Assembly (NCBI RefSeq): GCF_008065095.1
Contig: NZ_CP042911.1
Coordinates: 6,210,001 to 6,242,000, forward strand
Origin: Gemmata obscuriglobus
Lineage (GTDB): Bacteria; Planctomycetota; Planctomycetia; Gemmatales; Gemmataceae
Reading direction: 5' to 3'
DNA length: 32,000 nucleotides
Part shown: piece by piece, positions 8,621-16,693 of the stretch
How the letters are laid out: each line of letters starts with the position of its first letter
Position numbering within the stretch: position 1 is the stretch's first letter
The notes under the pieces: generated by a model
The model's database searches: none
What the model was told of the DNA's origin: nothing
What the model saw: only the letters and a program-made list of their open reading frames with translations
Program-made: the position numbers and the translations under genes

Positions 8621-9844
8621 TCAAACTCCTCGACCTTCTCGGTCGCTGGGGAGGCGCCCGGCGAGCGCGAGCGCCACGCCCGCGGTGCCGACCGTCACGA
8701 TGCTCAACCCGAGACTCACGAAGTGCCACGACACGAACGCGGCCTTCGCGGCTGCGGCGATGGTGGCGTCCGGGTTAAATCGTTCGAGCCGGAGCCGGGT
8801 CACCTCGTTCGAGATCGGCCACCCGGCGATCACGGTCGCCGTCGCGAAGGCGATCACGAACACCCGGAACCGGTGAGCCCCTCCGAGTCGGAACCAACTC
8901 AGTGCCGTCAGCAGAGCGATCGCGGCGCACACCGTTTGCATCGCGAAATACCGCGGGAACACCGGTCCGACCGCCGACCCCGCCAGTGCGCTGGCGAGCG
9001 CGTCCTTCTCCTTTTGCTCGGCGTCCGCCGGGATGATCGTCCGATAGGCGGTGCGGTCCGAAGGACCGGCGTTCACCACCTCTTTGAACGAATCGAAAAT
9101 GGCCGTCGCGGCGCCGAAGTTGAAGAACGCCGCCCCGCCGAACCACAACCCCAGCGCCAGGACGTGTAGTCCCCGCAGAACCGGTTGCCGCATCGGGAAA
9201 TCTCCAATCGCGTTCTCGGACCCGGCCAGGAGCCGCTTCGCGTTCGCCCGGTGCTTCACGAACACCATCGCCGTTCCCGCGATCAGGTACAGCGTCACCG
9301 GGAGCACGGGTTCCGCAAACGGTGCCCGCGACGCCACGAGGTGAGCGAGTACCAGCACGGTGCCCGCCGTCAGCGACGCCAGCGACACGAACCGCGACGC
9401 AAACAGCACCACGACCCAGGTTGTTATCGCGAGCGTGGCCGCCAGCGGCACCAACACGAACACCGTGCCGGCGCCGGTCGCGACGCCCTTTCCGCCGCGG
9501 AACCCGAGGTACACCGGGAACAGGTGCCCGAGGAACGCCAGCGCCGCGGCGCCCACCCGGACCACGTCCGGCCCGCCGATCGCGTCCGACGCCCCCGGCG
9601 CGAGCGCCTCGGCGAGCCGGACCGCCACCGCTACCGGTGCCGCGCCTTTCAAGAGGTCCAGCACGAACACGATCGCGCCGTACTTGCGCCCGAGGACGCG
9701 GCCGGCGTTGGTGGCGCCGATGTTACCGCTCCCGGCCTGGAACAGGTTCACGCCCCGGAACCGGCCCACAAGGTAGCCGAACGGAAGCGCCCCGACGAGA
9801 TACGCGACGGTAAGAGGGGCGAGAGCGGCAGCGAGAGGGGACAT
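8621..9844 (-). CDS. plsY: Glycerol-3-phosphate acyltransferase PlsY fused to a C-terminal ~190-aa four-helix membrane domain (DUF4149/TMEM205-like?)
   Basis: N-terminal half: YLVGALPFGYLVGR, AGSGNIGATNAGRVLG, FVLDLLKGAAP, FLGHLFPVYLGFRGGKGVATG (PlsY hallmarks). After residue ~215 there are four further hydrophobic helices (LHVLALGLWFGGAAFFNFGAA..., AMQTVCAAIALLTALSWF, VFVIAFATATVIAGW, WHFVSLGLSIVTVGTAGVALALAG). The start is taken at ATG 9844 (MSPLAAALAP). The track ORF extends to 9955, through the palindrome. Confidence 0.8.
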   Translation of the reverse strand: MSPLAAALAPLTVAYLVGALPFGYLVGRFRGVNLFQAGSGNIGATNAGRVLGRKYGAIVFVLDLLKGAAPVAVAVRLAEALAPGASDAIGGPDVVRVGAAALAFLGHLFPVYLGFRGGKGVATGAGTVFVLVPLAATLAITTWVVVLFASRFVSLASLTAGTVLVLAHLVASRAPFAEPVLPVTLYLIAGTAMVFVKHRANAKRLLAGSENAIGDFPMRQPVLRGLHVLALGLWFGGAAFFNFGAATAIFDSFKEVVNAGPSDRTAYRTIIPADAEQKEKDALASALAGSAVGPVFPRYFAMQTVCAAIALLTALSWFRLGGAHRFRVFVIAFATATVIAGWPISNEVTRLRLERFNPDATIAAAAKAAFVSWHFVSLGLSIVTVGTAGVALALAGRLPSDREGRGV

Positions 9845-9876
9845 AGTTTCGCGTCTTGAGGCCAGCGACTCATGAA

Positions 9877-9944
9877 CGCATCCGGCGCGCGGGCCGCGGG
9901 CACGGGATAACAGTCCCGTGCCCGCGGCCCGCGCGCCGGATGCG
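9877..9944. repeat. 31-bp perfect inverted repeat with a 6-nt loop (hairpin; possible terminator or protein-binding palindrome)
   Basis: Positions 9877-9907 (CGCATCCGGCGCGCGGGCCGCGGGCACGGGA) are the exact reverse complement of 9914-9944, with loop TAACAG. It sits 15 nt downstream of the stop of the 9959..10759 gene and 33 nt upstream of the plsY ATG, all on the minus strand. No U-tract follows on either strand. Confidence 0.9.
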
Positions 9945-9958
9945 GGCGCCAACAAAAC

Positions 9959-10759
9959 TCACATCGGCGGGGGCGGCGGCGTTTTCGGCGCCGTGCGTCC
10001 GACCGCCTTCGTCACCGACGACGTGCGGTACACCCACTGCTCGGCCGGCCCGCTCGCATCGTCCGGACGAATGTCCGTGATGAGCGGGTTGTTGTCGTCG
10101 GTCGGGCGCACGAAGTTGATCTGCAACGTCTTGCGCTTGATGAGCAGCTCGCCCGTGCGCAGCTCTTCCTTCGCAAGGCCGTTCGACAGCCCGGCGATGT
10201 ACACGCTGAACTTGTTCGTCTTCGGCGCCACCTCGGCCATATCGGTCCAGATCGCCAGACCGGACACCACCCGCGGGGTCGCGTCCGGCTTGCTCACCGG
10301 GATCGGCCGCTTCGAGATGGTGATCGAGTTCTGCAGTTGTAGCACCCCCTCCGGCTTGTCCGGAGTCACGTTCGTGTCTTCGATCTTGCGGATCTGCTCG
10401 AAGATGAACGGCTGGGGCTCGTCCAGGTGCGTCGTGTTCAGGTCCTTGGTGACCAGCTCGAACTGGGGCAGGAACGTGACCGGCTCGCCGGGCCGCCCCT
10501 CTCGCGGCAGGTTGTACACCTGGTACCACATGTACCAAACCGTCTGCTTCGCACGGCGCCCGCCCTTATCGAACCCGTTCACCTGGACGATGCGGAGCGG
10601 CTTGTAGCGAAAGTGGAGGGTCCACACGTCCGCGTTGTCGAGCGGCAGGTCCAGGGGAACGACCTTCTTCTCGCTCAGGTTGGTCTGCGCAAGGGCGAAC
10701 GGACCGGTCAGGACCGATGCCGCGACCGTGCCCAGAAACCCCCGCCGGTCAATCGCCAT
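9959..10759 (-). CDS. Tat-signal exported hypothetical protein (266 aa)
   Basis: ATG at 10759 gives MAIDRRGFLGTVAASVLTGPFALAQ (twin-arginine motif, h-region, AxA-like site). High GC3 and a C-terminal PPPPPM tail. No family recognised by eye. Confidence 0.7.
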   Translation of the reverse strand: MAIDRRGFLGTVAASVLTGPFALAQTNLSEKKVVPLDLPLDNADVWTLHFRYKPLRIVQVNGFDKGGRRAKQTVWYMWYQVYNLPREGRPGEPVTFLPQFELVTKDLNTTHLDEPQPFIFEQIRKIEDTNVTPDKPEGVLQLQNSITISKRPIPVSKPDATPRVVSGLAIWTDMAEVAPKTNKFSVYIAGLSNGLAKEELRTGELLIKRKTLQINFVRPTDDNNPLITDIRPDDASGPAEQWVYRTSSVTKAVGRTAPKTPPPPPM

Positions 10760-10883
10760 TGTGTCGCCCCCCCGAGTGGCTGTGCGGTGCCATTCTTGAC
10801 GATAACCGCTGAACCGGGGCGGATCAACCGCGCCCGGCACCGGTTCCGGAGGTTCGGGAGGCGCCCGCGCCGCACAGCCGGAC

Positions 10884-12365
10884 TTATTCGAGTTCGTACA
10901 GGTACGCGGCCGCCCCGGTCTGCTTCACCTCGCGCGCGGGGCGGGCGCGGGCGTCGAGCACGGCGAGCGCTTCTGCCTCTTCGGTGCCGTGCCGGTGGCT
11001 CACCACGTACCACACCCGCCCGCGCAACCCGGCCAGTTCGCCCCGGTACGCCGCCGGGTCGTCGCGGTGCTCCGCGCCGAGCGTGACCGCCTCCGCCGGG
11101 AACGGCCGCTCGCGCGTGTAGAAGGTGAACGCCGGGACCGCTCCGTAGTAGACGAACACGCGGTCCCCGGGGCGGAACTCCGACCGCACCCGCTCCAGCA
11201 CCGGCGCGAGCTGCTCCGACCGCGGCGGCTGCTTCAGGAACTCGAACGAGGCCCACACCGGGGACAGCACCAGCAGCGCCAGCAGCGCCCGGGCGGCGAA
11301 GGCGTTCCGTTCCGAAAGGCCGTCAAAGACCGCCCACGCGCCCCGGGCAACCAGGAGCACCGCCAGTGGGGTCATGAACAGCATGAGCCGCCCGCCGATC
11401 GGGTACTTCTGCAGCCCGGACGCGAGCAGCACCAGGACCGCGGGCGTGACCAGCGCGACGGCCACGGCCCAGCGCGTGCGTGCGAACTCCCGCAGCCCGA
11501 CGAGCGAGAGCACGGCCGCGAACCCGCCGAGCGGCACCAGCGCCCCGCCGAACCCGCCCGGGGTGGTGAAGAACGCGATCCAGTGGTCCACGAGCCACGC
11601 GAGGTCGCCCAGCCCCTTCGGCGGGAGCGACATGAAGTGCCCGGCCCAGTAATCGGTCAGGTACTTGTTGCCGCCGAGCTGCTTCAGGCACAGGAAGTAG
11701 CACGCCGCGAAGCTCACGAGCCAAGTCGCAACCGTGCCGCCCGCCGCGAAGAACCGTGGCCGGTCGCGTTCGACCAGCGCGCTCACGAGCAGCCCGGTTC
11801 CGATGCCGCCGAGTACGAACACCGACGGGTGCGAGAACCACACCGCTGCGGCCCCGGCCGCGGCCAGCCCGGCCCAGCGCCAGCCCCCCTTCCCTTCGAG
11901 CAGCCCGAGGGCGGCAGCGAACAACCCGACCGCGATCGCGGCGTCGCTCGCGTACTGCTTGCACTCGGCCGCGTAGGTGACGAGGTGCGGCGACACCGCG
12001 AACAGACCGACCGCCAGGAGCGACGCCCCGGCGGGCAGCAGCCGGCGGGCAACGAACGCGAACCCCACCAGCCCCGCGACCGACGCCAGGAACGGCACGA
12101 GCCGCATGGCCCACGCGCCCGGCCCGAACGCGCTGATCCCGGCCTTCGCGGCCAGAAGGAACCCGACCGGCGCCCCCTGGTTGTAATCGAGCTTACCGAG
12201 GAGCTGTGCCGGGGTGCGGTCCACCAGGTTCAGCGCGAGCATCGCCTCGTCGATCCACAGGCACCGGTCCGACAAAAGTGCGGTCAGGCGCAGCCCCACC
12301 CCGACGCAAACCAGGGCGAGCAGGAGCGCCGTCCGCCGGGCCGGTTGTTGTACCGGATCGCTCAC
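10884..12365 (-). CDS. PMT/ArnT-like (GT39/GT83-type) integral-membrane glycosyltransferase
   Basis: 10 or more TM helices, with N-terminal RLTALLSDRCLWIDEAMLALN and MRLVPFLASVAGLVGFAFVARRL, typical of dolichyl/undecaprenyl-phosphate-sugar-dependent transferases. The track ORF runs to a GTG at 12599, but the first 78 codons are Arg-rich and non-protein-like. I prefer the GTG at 12365, though the start is uncertain. Confidence 0.75.
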   Translation of the reverse strand: MSDPVQQPARRTALLLALVCVGVGLRLTALLSDRCLWIDEAMLALNLVDRTPAQLLGKLDYNQGAPVGFLLAAKAGISAFGPGAWAMRLVPFLASVAGLVGFAFVARRLLPAGASLLAVGLFAVSPHLVTYAAECKQYASDAAIAVGLFAAALGLLEGKGGWRWAGLAAAGAAAVWFSHPSVFVLGGIGTGLLVSALVERDRPRFFAAGGTVATWLVSFAACYFLCLKQLGGNKYLTDYWAGHFMSLPPKGLGDLAWLVDHWIAFFTTPGGFGGALVPLGGFAAVLSLVGLREFARTRWAVAVALVTPAVLVLLASGLQKYPIGGRLMLFMTPLAVLLVARGAWAVFDGLSERNAFAARALLALLVLSPVWASFEFLKQPPRSEQLAPVLERVRSEFRPGDRVFVYYGAVPAFTFYTRERPFPAEAVTLGAEHRDDPAAYRGELAGLRGRVWYVVSHRHGTEEAEALAVLDARARPAREVKQTGAAAYLYELE

Positions 12366-12707
12366 GAGTACGGTAACGGTTTTGGGTGTCGGCTGGAAAC
12401 GGTTTGCCGGCGGTGCTAACTTCGTAGTGTCCACGCGGTTCGACCTCGGGGTGCGGGCGACACACGGTAGCACCCGCGGCGCGCCGTTCGCAACCCCAAC
12501 GGCGCCGGCCGCTGGTCGCAAACGCTGCGATCCCGGCACTGGGTGGTTGCGGGCGCGCTGCTGCGTCCGGACCGCATTGGCACGCCACACGGCCCGCACT
12601 CGAAGGGTGTGTTCGGTTCGATCGTTGCGGCGCCGGCACTTGCGCCGACGCCGGGCACCGGGCCCACCGACCGGGTATCGTCACCCGCACGCAGCACGGT
12701 TCAACTT

Positions 12708-13643
12708 GTGAACATTCGCACATTTAAGAGCGGTGACGAGACCACCCAGGCGGCGCTGTACAACGTCGCCGCGTTCTCACTGCCGGGGTTCAAACCGGCC
12801 AGCGCCGCGGACGTGCAGAAGCGGACCCGGGGCCGCGCGTTCGACCCCGGTACGCGGTTCTACGCCGAAGAGGGCGGTCAGGTGGTCGGGTACTGCTCTC
12901 TCGACCTGGCGCAACGGCGGGTCAGCGTGCCGTGGTGCAAGAAGGGGCACGAGGCCGCGGCGGAGCCGCTGTTCGGGGCGGTCATGAACGCGGCCCGGGA
13001 GCGCGGCCTCAAAACCGTGTTCGCCGCCTACCGCCGCGACTGGGAATCGGTGCTACGGTTCCTGACGGACCGCGGATTTTCGGTGCGGCGCGAGGTGGTC
13101 AACTACTGGGCGGACCCGGTAGACCTGCCCACCCTGGTGAACCGCAGCAAGCTGCCGATCGACCGGCTCCGGCGCGAGGACGTGCCGACCGTGAGTGCGA
13201 TGGGGCAAGGGATCGTGCGGGTGCCCGCGGCGGAACTTGAAAGTTATTTGTTCGCCAACCCGTACTTCCCGGCAGAAGCGCTCCTGGTGCTGCGCGCGCC
13301 CGACGGCACGCCCGCGGCGGTGGGGATCGGGCTGGAGAGCGCGACGTACGCGGACGTGAAGAAGCTCGACCCGTTGGCCCCGTGCTTCCGGCTGGGTGCG
13401 TTCGGGTCGGAGGGGCTAAACGTCAAGCGGGTGAACGGGCTGTTCAGCTTCCTGGTGGCGAACCCGGCGAACGCACTAACGGCGGGCCTAGCGCTGCTGT
13501 CCGAGGCGTCACTGGAGATGACCGAGGGGACGGTAACGGCGCTGGCGGCGCAGTGCCCGTCGGACGCCCCGCACCTGCTCGCGTTCTACGCCCGCTACTT
13601 CAAGGAGCACGGCCGGTTCCCGGTCCTTGAGAAGCAGTTGTAA
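12708..13643 (+). CDS. GNAT-family N-acetyltransferase-like protein (two-lobed, 311 aa)
   Basis: VNIRTFKSGDE..., YAEEGGQVVGYCSL, LFGAVMNAARERGLKTVFA, RFLTDRGF are GNAT-like motifs. The start is taken at GTG 12708; the track ORF starts at 12543 with non-coding-looking sequence. Confidence 0.6.
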   Translation: MNIRTFKSGDETTQAALYNVAAFSLPGFKPASAADVQKRTRGRAFDPGTRFYAEEGGQVVGYCSLDLAQRRVSVPWCKKGHEAAAEPLFGAVMNAARERGLKTVFAAYRRDWESVLRFLTDRGFSVRREVVNYWADPVDLPTLVNRSKLPIDRLRREDVPTVSAMGQGIVRVPAAELESYLFANPYFPAEALLVLRAPDGTPAAVGIGLESATYADVKKLDPLAPCFRLGAFGSEGLNVKRVNGLFSFLVANPANALTAGLALLSEASLEMTEGTVTALAAQCPSDAPHLLAFYARYFKEHGRFPVLEKQL

Positions 13644-13758
13644 GCGGGAGCGGCGCGCGCGCTTCGCAACGATGGGTCGCGCGCGCGGCCGCGCCCTATG
13701 CTGTCTGCCTACCGCCTGCGGCCCACCCACAACCGCTTGCCCACTGCCCTGGTGTCTC

Positions 13759-14505
13759 ATGCGGGCGATTCTGAGCGACGTTCACGGCAACATCGAGGCG
13801 CTGGACGCGGTCCTGGCGGACATCGGCGGCCGGGCCGTCACGTCGATTTACAGCCTGGGCGACATTATCGGGTACGGCCCGAACCCGATCGAGTGCCTGG
13901 ACCGGGCGGCGGCGTGGGACCTGAACGTCCTGGGCAACCACGACCACGCGGTGCTGTTCGACCCGACCGGGTTCAGCCCGAACGCGGAGCGGGCCGCGCT
14001 GTGGACCCGGGTGGTCGTCGAGTGCGCCCGGCGGGAGGAGCTGTGGACGTTCCTGTCGGAGCGGCCGCGCCAGTTCCGCGACGGCGACTTCCTGTTCGTT
14101 CACGGCTCGGCGCGGAACCAGACGAACGAGTATGTGTTCCCGGAGGACGTTTTCAACCTCTCGAAGATGGCCCGGATCGGCGAGCAGATCGACCGGTACT
14201 GCTTCGCGGGCCACACGCACGTCCCCGGGGTGTTCATCGAGCCCGAGCCCGGCGCGCAGTGGCAGTTCCTGTCGCCCGAGGAGATCGACCACACGTGGCG
14301 GCTCGACGAGCGGAAGACGATCGTCAACGTGGGCTCGGTGGGACAGCCGCGCGACGCCAACTGGCGCGCCTGCTACGTCACGCTCGACGGGCTCGACCTC
14401 ACGTTCCACCGGGTGGGGTACGACGTGGACGCCACGGTGAAGAAGATCTACTCGATCCCGGAATTGAGCAACTTCCTCGCCGACCGCCTCCGCGAGGGGC
14501 GGTGA
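13759..14505 (+). CDS. Metallophosphoesterase (calcineurin-like phosphoesterase family)
   Basis: MRAILSDVHGN, SLGDIIGYGP, LGNHDH, FVHGS, GHTHVP are the canonical metallophosphoesterase motif series. ATG at 13759. Confidence 0.85.
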   Translation: MRAILSDVHGNIEALDAVLADIGGRAVTSIYSLGDIIGYGPNPIECLDRAAAWDLNVLGNHDHAVLFDPTGFSPNAERAALWTRVVVECARREELWTFLSERPRQFRDGDFLFVHGSARNQTNEYVFPEDVFNLSKMARIGEQIDRYCFAGHTHVPGVFIEPEPGAQWQFLSPEEIDHTWRLDERKTIVNVGSVGQPRDANWRACYVTLDGLDLTFHRVGYDVDATVKKIYSIPELSNFLADRLREGR

Positions 14506-14554
14506 GGGAATATCTCACCAACCGCACCGGAAGGACGGATCGGAAGTTACGCAC

Positions 14555-15217
14555 TCACGGGCGCTCGTACTGCATACCTTCTTTGGTCACTGTGGCCAAG
14601 TATACGAATAGTGAACCTGATCCAGATAGCAGGTACACCCGCTCACACCCTTGCAGCACCAGTTCCCGAAAACTTGGTTCGGACAGTGGCGCGACCAGCG
14701 CGAGCGACGCAAACAGATGCCACAGGAAGTATCCGTCACTCCCGTGGAACGGCGGAGCCGCTGAGCGAGAATAACTCAGCACGCCGTCGAACAGTTCAGT
14801 AACGGTGTAATCTGGCCTCCACCACCAGCCCGATTCGGAGCACCGGTCCAGGTCCTCAACCCCGATCAGTGTTTCCCCAAACATGCATTCCCGGAACGGC
14901 TTCTCTGCGGCGAGCGCCTGCGGTCCCGAGTGGCACAGTTGGAACTTCTCTGGGGCGTCACCAACGGTCAGAGTCACAAACTCCCACCCTCCACTCAGAT
15001 CGATCCCGCTGAGGCTGTGGCGAGCCCAGCCCGCAGCCGTCGCGAATGCGTCATTGAAATCGTGGCTGGCAACGGTGTCCCAAAATGTTCGACGAGCGAG
15101 TAAAGTCGGGTTATCCCGCGCAAACGACACCGCTCGTTGCAAGCCGTCCGGCCAGGCCCCCGCAGAGCGCACGATGTTTGAAACTGCAGCGAACAAGGAT
15201 TCAATGGCATCCGGCAT
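14555..15217 (-). CDS. Hypothetical protein (220 aa), lower-GC orphan
   Basis: ORF track 14555..15217. Protein-like composition (Trp/Phe-rich, no Arg/Pro runs). Visibly lower GC than the flanking genes. No family recognised. Confidence 0.55.
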   Translation of the reverse strand: MPDAIESLFAAVSNIVRSAGAWPDGLQRAVSFARDNPTLLARRTFWDTVASHDFNDAFATAAGWARHSLSGIDLSGGWEFVTLTVGDAPEKFQLCHSGPQALAAEKPFRECMFGETLIGVEDLDRCSESGWWWRPDYTVTELFDGVLSYSRSAAPPFHGSDGYFLWHLFASLALVAPLSEPSFRELVLQGCERVYLLSGSGSLFVYLATVTKEGMQYERP

Positions 15218-15280
15218 TCGCGCGCCTCACTCCCATCAACTGCCATACTCTTCAAGCCGACCAAAGTGTTTTGGTGGCCT

Positions 15281-16108
15281 TCAGTCGAGCTTCAGTGCCT
15301 TGAACTGCTTCACGCAACCGGTGATGGCCACCTCCGTGGGCAGCCGTTCGATGCTGGACGCCCCGAAGAAGCCCGCGATCCCCTTCGTTTGGTCGAGGAT
15401 GTAGCGCACGTCCTCGGGTTCGGAAATCGGGCCGCCGTGGCACAGCACCAGCACGTCGGGGTTGATGCTCTTCGCGGCGTCGGCCAGTTCCTGAACCCGC
15501 TTCGCGCTCTCCTCCAGAGAAAATGCCGTCTTTGCGCCAATGGCGCCCTTCGTGGTCAGGCCCATGTGCGGAATCAGAACGTCCGCGCCCGCCTTTGTCA
15601 TTGCGATCGCTTCGTCGGGCGTGAACACGTAGGGGCAGGTGAGCAGGTCGAGGTCGCGGGCGACGCGGATCATGTCCACTTCGAGCCCGTACCCCATCCC
15701 GGTCTCTTCCAGCCCGACGCGGAACGTGCCGTCGAACAGCCCCACCGTCGGGAAGTTCTGCACCCCGCTGAACCCGGCGTCCTTCACATCGAGCAGGAAC
15801 CGCTTCATCACCCGGAACGGGTCGGTGCCGCACACCCCGGCGAGTACCGGCGTGCGCTGCACCACCGGCAGCACCTCGCGGGCCATGTCCATCACGATCT
15901 GGTTCGCGTCGCCGTAGGGGAGCAGGCCGGCGAGCGACCCGCGCCCGGCCATCCGGAACCGGCCCGAGTTGTAAATGATGATGAGGTCGATGCCGCCCGC
16001 CTCGGCGCATTTCGCCGACAGCCCGGTGCCGGCCCCGCCGCCAACGATCGGCACGCCGGCCGCCACCTGGGATCGGAACCGGGCGAGGATATCAGCGCGT
16101 GAGTGCAT
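15281..16108 (-). CDS. Phosphoenolpyruvate hydrolase-like TIM-barrel protein (TIM-br_sig_trns family; homologous to the Tm-1 C-terminal half)
   Basis: [79 protein letters not shown] and [10 protein letters not shown] match the family pattern as I recall it. Confidence 0.85.
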   Translation of the reverse strand: MHSRADILARFRSQVAAGVPIVGGGAGTGLSAKCAEAGGIDLIIIYNSGRFRMAGRGSLAGLLPYGDANQIVMDMAREVLPVVQRTPVLAGVCGTDPFRVMKRFLLDVKDAGFSGVQNFPTVGLFDGTFRVGLEETGMGYGLEVDMIRVARDLDLLTCPYVFTPDEAIAMTKAGADVLIPHMGLTTKGAIGAKTAFSLEESAKRVQELADAAKSINPDVLVLCHGGPISEPEDVRYILDQTKGIAGFFGASSIERLPTEVAITGCVKQFKALKLD

Positions 16109-16168
16109 GGGGGTGCGGGTAGCGGGTCAGAAAGAAGAGCGAACGGCGAAAGGTACAATACGAACGAC

Positions 16169-16585
16169 TCAAGGCGACGGCGGGGCGGGCGGCCGCTCTT
16201 CCCCCGGCTTCTCGCCCCCGGCCTCCGGCCCACCCGCTTCCGCGGCCATCCGCGATTCCGCCTGGGCCAAGAGCTCGTTGAGCAGTTTCTCGGCGTCGTT
16301 TTGAGGATTCTCGGACGGCTTGGGCGCGGCCGGGCGGCTCCCGCGAATCCGCCAGATCACGAGTTCACCGACCAGCACGAACGCGAACCCCCACGCCGCG
16401 AGCATCAGCGGCACGCGCGTGCGAAGGGCCGTGCCGACCTGCTGCTCGGCGACCGGGTCGGCCGAGCGGGTGGCGTGGCCGCTCAGCCAGAGGGTCGCCA
16501 GCTCGGCCAGCATCGCACCCATGACGGCCAAAATGAGTGCCGTCAGACCGCCGTGCAACAGAACACGCCGCAACACCGGGTGCAT
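16169..16585 (-). CDS. Small two-TM membrane protein (138 aa) with a Pro/Glu/Gly-rich tail
   Basis: Internal ATG (16585) of track ORF 16169..17128. It gives MHPVLRRVLLHGGLTALILAVMGAMLAELATLWL ... PLMLAAWGFAFVLVGELVIW, with good GC3. The part of the track ORF upstream of this ATG overlaps the UPF0261 gene antisense and looks non-coding. Confidence 0.55.
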   Translation of the reverse strand: MHPVLRRVLLHGGLTALILAVMGAMLAELATLWLSGHATRSADPVAEQQVGTALRTRVPLMLAAWGFAFVLVGELVIWRIRGSRPAAPKPSENPQNDAEKLLNELLAQAESRMAAEAGGPEAGGEKPGEERPPAPPSP

Positions 16586-16693
16586 GCCGGTCCTCAACTC
16601 TGTTCGCGACACTGGAATGCGGGGGCGACGCAGGTAACATATCACGCGATTCGCTGTTGCATCGCCTCGCCGCGGGTTCACCGGGAAGCGCTC

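Noticed and set aside
10989-12419. 476-aa plus-strand ORF, and the 263-aa alternative minus-strand frame, inside the glycosyltransferase gene
   Set aside because: The translation is extremely Arg/Glu/Pro-rich and non-protein-like. The minus-strand frame encodes a coherent multi-TM protein.
16103-16693. N-terminal 197-codon extension of the UPF0261 ORF in the track
   Set aside because: The translation is Arg-rich junk that overlaps the better-supported small membrane protein gene on the other strand. The family N-terminus MSVLLVGTLDTKG starts at 16694.
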